Shown: positions 39,111 through 46,562 of the stretch, piece by piece
Numbering within the stretch: the stretch's first letter is position 1
How the letters are laid out: each line of letters begins with the position of its first letter
DNA from: Candidatus Thorarchaeota archaeon
GTDB lineage: Archaea > Asgardarchaeota > Thorarchaeia > Thorarchaeales > Thorarchaeaceae
Direction: 5' to 3'
Assembly (NCBI GenBank): GCA_004376265.1
Contig: SOKL01000115.1
Coordinates: 12,699 to 76,698 of the forward strand
Length of the DNA: 64,000 nt
The notes under the pieces: generated by a model
Told to the model about the DNA's origin: nothing
The model's input: only the letters and a program-made list of their open reading frames with translations
The model's database searches: none
Translations under genes and position numbers: made by a program

Positions 39111-40305
39111 TCAAGTAATGAAGAAGAATAAGTCCTTTCTTGAGATCGAGGTCAGTGAGTGGAGCTTCTGGTGAAACCTTAGCCTTACTCGCAAGTAGAA
39201 GCAATAGAGCCACTAATCTGGGGACAAGGCGAGCATATTGAAGTAAGAAGTCTTTGTTACCAGTGGAGTCTACAACAAGACCTTCTAATCTCCTGATCAG
39301 GAGTTTGATTCTTTCTTCAACACCTTCTCCTAATTTAAGACCCTGGAATATCTGGGCTGCAGCCGATTCATCCTGAAGAAACTCTGAGGAGATACCGATT
39401 TTATCAAACATCTCAAGCGCGCCAATAATCATAGAATCATAATGTTCATCTTCAAGACGTTCGATTCCCTGCTTGACAGCTTGAACCTGCCCTAACAACC
39501 GTATCGAATTGGTCAGAATTGTGCGAGAAGCACCTGATGTTGAGGACGCCATTCCAGCAAGTTGGTCTTTGTGAACATTCTCAAGACGTGCAGCCACTGA
39601 TTCATTGAGTTTCTTGTCAAACCCCGGAGAAACGCCAACATTGGCAGCTTGGGGGAGTATTGTGTGAGACCCGAGTCTACGAATTGTAGTAAGTGTTGTG
39701 AAGTCTTCAACGGGGGTATGGAAGAAAAGAATGCGGATTATATCATATCCAGTTTCAAAGTCAGCTTCAGTGGTCACGTTTCTACCCTGTGCCTTGCACG
39801 AAAATGCACTGAGCAAAGCCCACGACGAGAGCAGATCCTCTCGGAGCTCCCCTTGTAGTGCAGAATTTGCTAGTTCATGTTCCACGAGGAATCGAGATAG
39901 CTTGTCAGCAGCAGTTGTCGCTCTCTGAAGTGTTGCCCCACTCAGTTGTAAATCTGCAATTGATTTGATGAACTCCCTTGGTTCACGAGATGGGGGACGG
40001 AGGACAAAACCAGGGTCCTTCCTTGACATTAACCACCACTTCGAGGAAGATGTGAAGTAATCTAGCACATCAATTGCCACCGTAACATCTGAGAGTGTTG
40101 CAACATCTCGTCCGTCAAGGTATGCCACTAGACGAGTGAATATTCTAACGAACCGGGTAAGATGAACAGAAATCTTCTCACCTACGAATTGGCTGTCAGT
40201 GAATCTTGATACTATAGTTTCAATCTGACCAGGTATGGATTCCTCTAGTTGTGTGAATAACAAACCTCTGTAGACATCTACGGGGCTTCTAGACAAAAAC
40301 CTCAA
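39100..40305 (-). CDS. hypothetical, predominantly alpha-helical protein
   Basis: 401-codon ORF with a TTG start, lying 63 nt downstream of uppS on the same strand. No family was recognised. Confidence 0.6.
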   Translation of the reverse strand: MRFLSRSPVDVYRGLLFTQLEESIPGQIETIVSRFTDSQFVGEKISVHLTRFVRIFTRLVAYLDGRDVATLSDVTVAIDVLDYFTSSSKWWLMSRKDPGFVLRPPSREPREFIKSIADLQLSGATLQRATTAADKLSRFLVEHELANSALQGELREDLLSSWALLSAFSCKAQGRNVTTEADFETGYDIIRILFFHTPVEDFTTLTTIRRLGSHTILPQAANVGVSPGFDKKLNESVAARLENVHKDQLAGMASSTSGASRTILTNSIRLLGQVQAVKQGIERLEDEHYDSMIIGALEMFDKIGISSEFLQDESAAAQIFQGLKLGEGVEERIKLLIRRLEGLVVDSTGNKDFLLQYARLVPRLVALLLLLASKAKVSPEAPLTDLDLKKGLILLHYLISG

Positions 40306-40368
40306 GTCTCCTGTTGTGTCAAAGCTCTGCTTTTGATTTATAAAATACTGGATTACGTGTGAGTGGGA

Positions 40369-41145
40369 CTACTTCCCGTATCTTCTAGACCGTTCACCGT
40401 AGGAGCGTAAGGCACGCCATATGTCAATACGTCTCACAGCAGGCCAGTATATCTGTGCAAAATACAATTCTGAATACGCAGATTGCCATAGAAGAAAGCC
40501 CGAGAGCCGTTCTTCACCGGATGTTCTGATGATGAGATCAGGATCGGGTACGCCATTTGTGTAAAGGTGTCCCTCTATGATAGCTTCATCAATCTGAGAA
40601 GGCGTCATTATACCAGATTCAACCTTCTCACTAATCGCTCTCACTGCGTCAACGAGTTCTGCACGACCTGAGTATCCAATGGCAACATTGAGGACATGGT
40701 CGCTGTAATCGCTGGTTTCCTCTTCTGCAGCCCTGATGGCGAGTTGTACCCTCTCAGGCAGAAGGTCTACTCTTCCAATTGCTCTGATTTTGACTTTATG
40801 ACGATGGACATCAGGATTGCCAACCACTTCTGTAAACTTCTCTTCCGCCAAAGCCATGATCTCTTCTACTTCCTCCTTGTGTCTCTGAAAATTCTCAACG
40901 GAAAAAGCATACAACGTACAGACTTTGACATTGGCTTCCCACAGAATTCGCAGAACCTCCATGACCTTTGCAGCTCCCTTGTGATGTCCGTACCAGGGAA
41001 CATCAAGTCCGTGTTTTCTCGCATAGCGGCGGTTTCCATCTAGAATGATACCCACGTGATTTGGTGCCCAGTCCTTGTCCAGCTGGCGGAACAAGTAGTA
41101 TTCGTATAATCTATACACGGGACCGGACAAGTTCAATTCTAACAC
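40369..41145 (-). CDS. uppS: cis-prenyltransferase (undecaprenyl diphosphate synthase family)
   Basis: HVGIILDGNRRYA, ...IRTSGEERLSGFLLWQSAYSELYF. GTG start. Confidence 0.92.
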   Translation of the reverse strand: MLELNLSGPVYRLYEYYLFRQLDKDWAPNHVGIILDGNRRYARKHGLDVPWYGHHKGAAKVMEVLRILWEANVKVCTLYAFSVENFQRHKEEVEEIMALAEEKFTEVVGNPDVHRHKVKIRAIGRVDLLPERVQLAIRAAEEETSDYSDHVLNVAIGYSGRAELVDAVRAISEKVESGIMTPSQIDEAIIEGHLYTNGVPDPDLIIRTSGEERLSGFLLWQSAYSELYFAQIYWPAVRRIDIWRALRSYGERSRRYGK

Positions 41146-41209
41146 ACTCTGATTTGAAAAAAATTGGAATTATTCTCTTAATAGAGTTGATGCTGCGTAC
41201 GTAGATGTA

Positions 41210-41590
41210 CTAAATCATTTTCGAAATCTTCTCTGCAGCACGTTTCATATCTAAGAATATGAGACCTAGCTTAGCGTTTGCAGTTGTGGAAACTGTCAGA
41301 CAAGCGTTGACTCCAGCTGCTGTGACCAATAACCAACCATCGACACCCTTGACATTAACTTGTTCAAGATTACCTTTCCCAAGCTCTATTGCTGCCCTCT
41401 CACCAAGACTCAACATAGCAGCAGTCATGGCCGCGACCTTTGCCTCGTCTACGTCTGTAGGAAGAGCTGAAACGATTGGTAACCCTTCTACACTGACGAT
41501 GGCACAGGCTTCGATCTCGGGAATACTTCCCTGCAGTTCATTCAGAACGCCTTCGAGTGTATTTTCGCGGGTTTCTCCCATTGGCTTCAC
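41210..41590 (-). CDS. Roadblock/LC7 (MglB-like) protein
   Basis: IPEIEACAIVSVEGLPIVSALP..DEAKVAAMTAAMLSLGERA...GWLLVTAAG.. is the Roadblock pattern. It starts 6-15 nt after the MglA-like gene. Confidence 0.85.
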   Translation of the reverse strand: MKPMGETRENTLEGVLNELQGSIPEIEACAIVSVEGLPIVSALPTDVDEAKVAAMTAAMLSLGERAAIELGKGNLEQVNVKGVDGWLLVTAAGVNACLTVSTTANAKLGLIFLDMKRAAEKISKMI

Positions 41591-41596
41591 CTGTCT

Positions 41597-42169
41597 TTAC
41601 TTATACATCCTTTTCAAAATAACTTCTCTGGCTATTGCTTGGAATGCTCTCTTTACTCCTACGCCTTGCACTGCAATGGTTTCGTAGATAGGTACATTCC
41701 CACCAAGACCAAGGAGATCTAGCATCTCATCACGTGACATCCTATTCGGTAGGTCTCGCTTGTTGAGCATGACCACTATCGGAACATGACGTCCAAGTTC
41801 ATCTCCAAGGAACATCTTCAGCTCCTCAAAGCTCTCTATATTCTCCTCGCGCTGATCTGGTGAAGAGTCAGCAACAAAGAGAATTCCATCAGTACCCTGT
41901 AGCACTACTTTCCTCTGGTGTCTGTGTCGCTTCTGTCCGGCTACTGTGAAGACATCGAATAGGACTCTGCCGCCGGCGGACATAGGAACGTAATCGAAGA
42001 AGAGCGTACGATTTGTTTCATCTTCAATAGCAGTGAACTCACCCTTCTGCAGCCCTTCAACTTTTCCATAGAGCCAGCGAAGAGCAGTTGTCTTACCACC
42101 AAGGGACGGACCATAGAATACCAGTTTGAGATGAATGCGTCCCTTGTCGTCTTTTCGAATTGTAAACAC
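41597..42169 (-). CDS. mglA: MglA-family small Ras-like GTPase
   Basis: KLVFYGPSLGGKTTALRWLY, NRTLFFDYVPMS, FTVAGQ (Thr in place of the Ras-type Asp, as in MglA TVPGQ), GILFVADSS and LNKRDLPN. By recall these align closely with Myxococcus MglA. GTG start. Confidence 0.9.
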   Translation of the reverse strand: MFTIRKDDKGRIHLKLVFYGPSLGGKTTALRWLYGKVEGLQKGEFTAIEDETNRTLFFDYVPMSAGGRVLFDVFTVAGQKRHRHQRKVVLQGTDGILFVADSSPDQREENIESFEELKMFLGDELGRHVPIVVMLNKRDLPNRMSRDEMLDLLGLGGNVPIYETIAVQGVGVKRAFQAIAREVILKRMYK

Positions 42170-42344
42170 CTCTTTGTGTTAGTGCAGAAGTCCCTGAAGT
42201 GTGATGTTGATTGATTAAAAAGTTCAGTCTAATAAAAGGCTTTGTGGCACGGGAGGGTCTTCTCGGAAGGTCCTCTTCATAGATTGGACTCTTCATCTCA
42301 ATATGTTCTGCATAGGAGCTCCAGCACCGGTCACTAGTATATAA

Positions 42345-43013
42345 TCATTCTAATGCCTTTCTAATCTTGGCTACAAGGGCCTGTATTTTAGCTGGGTCTG
42401 GATTGTTCAAGTCTATGTTTCTCCATGGTATTCTAAGAATTTTCATCCCTCTACTCCAGTGATGTTTCTGTTCGTAAATTTCCTCAAGAAGCAGAAGATA
42501 CTCACGCTCCAGCTCTCCCAGATATTCTCTGAAGCTGTCATCTGGCATGGGACTCTCTGCGTCCCTTGCTCTTTTCCTCGCTCGTTGGTAGGCCTCATCT
42601 GGATGTACGTCAAGGTACAACAGCAAAGTGGGTGGCACCAACGACTGGTGCAAGATATTGTAAGCCACTTCGTAGGTGTCCCAGTCTATCTGCTCTATAT
42701 GACCTTGTTGTGTCAATAGCTTGGCGAAGACCCGATCGCCGGGGAGTCCACGGTCTACGATGTATCCCTCGGGACCTCCATCGACATAAGCTGAGTAGGC
42801 AGCCCTTTTCTGCAAGGCAAATCGTTTGTGTAACAACAGTATCTGCATGGGGAAGGCCCACTTGCTCATGTCTGCGTAGAACATCTTAAGGTAGGGATTT
42901 TGATCGACGGGTTCGTTGAGCCCCTCGTAATTCAGTTCTCTGCATAGGATTTTAGTTAGTTCAGTCTTTCCGGCTCCTATGATGCCTTCGACCCATATTA
43001 CTGGTTTAGTCAT
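42345..43013 (-). CDS. deoxynucleoside kinase family protein
   Basis: P-loop EGIIGAGKTELTK, VDRGLPGDRVFA (DRS/ERS-like), and an Arg-rich lid (QRARKRARD). About 220 aa. Confidence 0.8.
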   Translation of the reverse strand: MTKPVIWVEGIIGAGKTELTKILCRELNYEGLNEPVDQNPYLKMFYADMSKWAFPMQILLLHKRFALQKRAAYSAYVDGGPEGYIVDRGLPGDRVFAKLLTQQGHIEQIDWDTYEVAYNILHQSLVPPTLLLYLDVHPDEAYQRARKRARDAESPMPDDSFREYLGELEREYLLLLEEIYEQKHHWSRGMKILRIPWRNIDLNNPDPAKIQALVAKIRKALE

Positions 43014-43210
43014 TAATCTCTCATTAATACTGCAGTCATTTAAATCTCTGATTCTTTCTTAGTGTGAAGAGCTCAGAGTTCGCGCCAATTGGCCATGCCC
43101 CGTTTCTCAATGTTGACGGATAGACAGCAAGGAATTATCGATAGTATTTGTGCTTACATGATAACAAAGTTTGTCAAGCGTGGAGTGGTGCATTTCTGTA
43201 TAGAATGGTG

Positions 43211-43675
43211 CTAGACTCGTTCGAGTTCTGCGAGTGCTGATTTCAAATCCTCTTCGTCAAGTTCGCTTTCTTTTGGTGAGAGTGGTTCTACTGCAAGGAA
43301 TTTGTCAAGCTCATCAGCAAGCTGAGCGCCCTGTTTCTTCATGACAAGTCGTATCATTCCAATGTTGACCGACTCCTCTGATACAACACAAAGAACACCC
43401 TTTCCACACGCAGATGCAAAAATCTTGCCCTCTGAGAACTCGGAAGTGACTATCTCAAGCTCCCCAATCTGCAGGTTCTTGCCCTGTTCTTCGCTTGCAC
43501 AAAAGACTGCCGATGCGATTGCCCCTATACTATCCACATCTACGGGGTAATAGGAGAGCTTCGATACATTGGCGATTGTCAATCCAGTTTTATCCACTAG
43601 GATAACTTTTCGTATCCCCTTTTCTTGACGAATCACTTCTGTAAGGATCTTGTCGAAAACTTTCGCCTCACTCAT
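43211..43675 (-). CDS. Roadblock/LC7 domain protein with acidic C-terminal tail
   Basis: IRKVILVDKTGLTIANVS...DSIGAIASAVFCASEEQG...GVLCVVSEE, followed by the tail SPKESELDEEDLKSALAELERV. Confidence 0.85.
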   Translation of the reverse strand: MSEAKVFDKILTEVIRQEKGIRKVILVDKTGLTIANVSKLSYYPVDVDSIGAIASAVFCASEEQGKNLQIGELEIVTSEFSEGKIFASACGKGVLCVVSEESVNIGMIRLVMKKQGAQLADELDKFLAVEPLSPKESELDEEDLKSALAELERV

Positions 43676-43690
43676 TCAAATACACTCCAT

Positions 43691-44107
43691 TCATTCATTA
43701 TTCTTGAGGACAACCAATATTATGCCCTCACTCACTTCCGGTGCGATATTAATCTGACCCTTCGTTGTGTCAAGAGTCAGAAATGACAGTGATCCCTCCT
43801 GAAGTTCGCGCACAGCATCTAATGCCTTACCAACGAGGGAGGTTATTATTGCAGCGACATTCTCTGTAGTTTCGGCGTCCAGATCACTACTAAGTGGCAG
43901 ACCGTCCATGGTAGTCACGACAACTCCACGGACACCTTCTTGCGACTTAATCCTGGAAAGAATCCCTTGAAGTTTTTCTTGACTAATCAACTTACAGTAT
44001 CCTCGCTGTGTCAACTGTTCATTAACATCTACGCCGCAGTTAACTATTTTAGACTTGTGGAGATATGTTACCACTCCATATGTGTCGTTTGCGCATTCGG
44101 TGAGCAT
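43691..44107 (-). CDS. Roadblock/LC7 domain protein
   Basis: VRGVVVTTMDGLPLSSDL...ENVAAIITSLVGKALDA...GIILVVLK. The start is uncertain: the longest ORF begins at 44155, Met at 44107, or TTG at 44014. Confidence 0.75.
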   Translation of the reverse strand: MLTECANDTYGVVTYLHKSKIVNCGVDVNEQLTQRGYCKLISQEKLQGILSRIKSQEGVRGVVVTTMDGLPLSSDLDAETTENVAAIITSLVGKALDAVRELQEGSLSFLTLDTTKGQINIAPEVSEGIILVVLKNNE

Positions 44108-44178
44108 ATGGTGTTGTGTTACATGAAAAATAGTAGAGGCCGTGGGAAAAAACACGGCCTGTATTGTAATACATAGAA

Positions 44179-45804
44179 CTATACGTCGTCCACGTCGTCA
44201 TCAAAGAGCTTCTTTGAGCTTCTCTTCATTTGAGCAAGGCTACCAGTGAAGGCTCTATCAGCAGCTCCTGAAGGAGCGGCTTCGGGTGCTGCTGCAATCA
44301 TTGCTTCCTGTCGAACAATCTCCTCTTCCTCGTTGTTTAGGACATTGTCAGTCTTGTCTAGCATTGCTTTGACACTTGCAGGTGCACTCTTTGCCCTACT
44401 CTTCAGAGCTTTTCTGAAGGAGGCAATGCGTTTCCGGCCCTTCTCCCTTTCACCGCTGAAGGATTCCTCTCCGGCCTTCTGGGTGACAAAGGTCGCACCC
44501 ACTGTCGGATCGAGGGTTTTCATGATTTCCTCTTCCTTCTTCGACACACGAAGTTTAGTAGTTACTGCACGGACTCTCCGTGCACCTTTCTCGTCAGTAT
44601 AGGTTACTTGAACCTGTATTGGGATTTCGGCTTCCTTGATCTCTTTCTCGGGTTCTACCTCGAAATAGAGTTCATGATCTTCTCCTACGACTCCGATCTT
44701 GCTTTTACTCTTCTTCTTGAGCTGGTCAACAACCGCTCTTGAAACCCCAGAGGCATCTTTGATTATCACTCCAGGAGGTGTGATAAGGCGTACTTCAACA
44801 TCTCTTCCCAGAAGTGTAGCGCCTGCAAGCTCTGAGAGGCTTTTGTCAAGCTCGCTTGGTGTGACATAGTACATCTGGCCGCCTGTGGCCTCGGGCAATA
44901 GGCCCAAGGTCTGAAGTTCCATGCCCCTACCTGACGCGATGCCAACAACATCAACAGCTGTTCCTTCATCAAGGAACATCTTACCAATGTTTCCGTAGTA
45001 TTCGTCCGCAGGAGTGACTTGATAGCCCTCAAGGGCGCCAATTCCTTCATTAGCTAGCCCGTCAGTAAGTAGAACAACTCTACCAACATTACGATGTTTC
45101 GCTATCACGAACGCCATTGCGACTGCGGGACCAAGTGCTGTTCCACCTTTGTCTCGAAGTGCTTGTATGTGTGTCTTCAGCTTGTCCTTATTCTTGCCAA
45201 CACTTACTAACTTCACATCGTCAAGGAGTTTCTTTGTAGAATCCATGATGTCTTGGAGACTTGCAAACGAGTCTCTCGGAAGCTCAACTGGATTTCCATT
45301 CTCAAGATTTCGAGCCACAACGGAACTCTCAAACTCAATTAGACCGAACATCGTGTCTGGCGCATTTGCAGCAAGGCTGTCAATCGATGTGTTCAGACTA
45401 CGTTTTACAGCAGCAAGGTTTGCGCCTGCCATTGATCCCGAAACATCAATGAGTCCAAGGAAAGAACGTCCACCTACGGAAATTGTTTCGGTGTCTGTGC
45501 TTGGGTCTGGGGGAGGTTTGATTACGAAATCGGTGTCATCACCTGCAACAACCACTTCACCCTCTATCACATTCAAAGTTCCACAGAATGGGCATACAAA
45601 GTGCTTACCCACCTTTGAATCCTCTTTGATTTGGTCCACACTAAGAAGGAAACCATTGCACTTGTGGCATGCTATTGGTTTTCCTACGATCTTTGTTGTC
45701 TCATGCGCTAGATGACCAAATTCTACACGCAAAACGAAAGGAATGTCGCTCAGGACTTTCTTTGATGCAGGAAAGGTTTCTGAGCTAGTTCTCAACATAG
45801 GCAT
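44179..45804 (-). CDS. zinc-ribbon / vWA(trunk-like) / beta-sandwich protein with Sec23/24-like architecture
   Basis: CHKC-x21-CPFCGTLN, vWA MIDAS DVSGS, LLTDGLANEG, ..LLPEATGGQMYYV, and IQVQVTYTDEKGARRVRAVTTKLRV. It has a charged C-terminal tail. Confidence 0.8.
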   Translation of the reverse strand: MPMLRTSSETFPASKKVLSDIPFVLRVEFGHLAHETTKIVGKPIACHKCNGFLLSVDQIKEDSKVGKHFVCPFCGTLNVIEGEVVVAGDDTDFVIKPPPDPSTDTETISVGGRSFLGLIDVSGSMAGANLAAVKRSLNTSIDSLAANAPDTMFGLIEFESSVVARNLENGNPVELPRDSFASLQDIMDSTKKLLDDVKLVSVGKNKDKLKTHIQALRDKGGTALGPAVAMAFVIAKHRNVGRVVLLTDGLANEGIGALEGYQVTPADEYYGNIGKMFLDEGTAVDVVGIASGRGMELQTLGLLPEATGGQMYYVTPSELDKSLSELAGATLLGRDVEVRLITPPGVIIKDASGVSRAVVDQLKKKSKSKIGVVGEDHELYFEVEPEKEIKEAEIPIQVQVTYTDEKGARRVRAVTTKLRVSKKEEEIMKTLDPTVGATFVTQKAGEESFSGEREKGRKRIASFRKALKSRAKSAPASVKAMLDKTDNVLNNEEEEIVRQEAMIAAAPEAAPSGAADRAFTGSLAQMKRSSKKLFDDDVDDV

Positions 45805-45980
45805 TAAATATGCGCCTCCAAAATTTATTGGCTGACCTCTGCGTGAACGGTTTTAAGTGAATCGACGAAGAATATGTTCATAGAGTGAAATCTTGTTCCG
45901 AAAAAGAGAGAAACGGACCGACACGTAAGATATTTACACACTTATTGTCAGAACAGGATACTAGTCTAATCATACATTTA

Positions 45981-45986
45981 GGGAGG
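45981..45986 (+). promoter_or_regulatory. Shine-Dalgarno-like GGGAGG upstream of a Roadblock gene
   Basis: GGGAGG lies 11 nt upstream of ATG 45998. Confidence 0.45.
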
Positions 45987-45997
45987 AAAACTCACAC

Positions 45998-46363
45998 ATG
46001 GTGGATCAATCAAAGATAGAACAAATTGTTTCTGATACGATGGCTGCTAATGCAGATTTAGAAGGCATTATAATATGCGATGCCAAAGGAAAGGTGCTTT
46101 TTGGCCACACATTAAGTGCGGGAACAAAGCACTCAGATATTGCAACCCTTGCCGTACAAATTGCCGCTAATTCCTCCCAGCTCTCCGCAGGTCTGGACAA
46201 GGGAGGTCTAAAGGAAGTAAGTATTGCATCAGATAGCGGTTTCATTGTCATCCTTGGTGATGTAAAAATTGTACTTGCTGGAATAGCAGGTGAAAGTGCA
46301 CGTGAGTCATTGGGTCTTCTTAGAATGGCCTTGCGGCGCGCGTTAGTGTCGATAGTTGGTTAA
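45998..46363 (+). CDS. Roadblock/LC7 domain protein
   Basis: LEGIIICDAKGKVLFGH...DIATLAVQIAANSSQLS...GFIVILGD. It is divergent from the Sec23/24-like gene. Confidence 0.85.
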   Translation: MVDQSKIEQIVSDTMAANADLEGIIICDAKGKVLFGHTLSAGTKHSDIATLAVQIAANSSQLSAGLDKGGLKEVSIASDSGFIVILGDVKIVLAGIAGESARESLGLLRMALRRALVSIVG

Positions 46364-46562
46364 GAACGCGCCTATCAAAGTCAACAGAGTTACATTTTTC
46401 AATACATTAAAGGATGCCCTGATGGTCTGAATACGTTACCCAGACATAGCTGGGGTAATACTTGGGTCATACCAACCGTATTTAGGCCTGAGTAAAATCA
46501 GAATAACACACTCGGACTCGCCTTAGCTGATCTGACTGTAATTTGCCGGAAGGGAATGGGAC

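Noticed and set aside
41259-41687. 142-aa ORF on the + strand. Similar long antisense ORFs occur at 1174-1518, 22657-23169, 45149-45715, 56491-57042, 57667-58251 and 60543-60845.
   Set aside because: Each lies entirely antisense to a gene with strong family motifs (Roadblock/MglA, CDC48, atpA, the vWA protein, tfrB, tfrA, fumarase). Their translations are Ser/Pro/Cys-rich and shadow-like. They are treated as non-coding.
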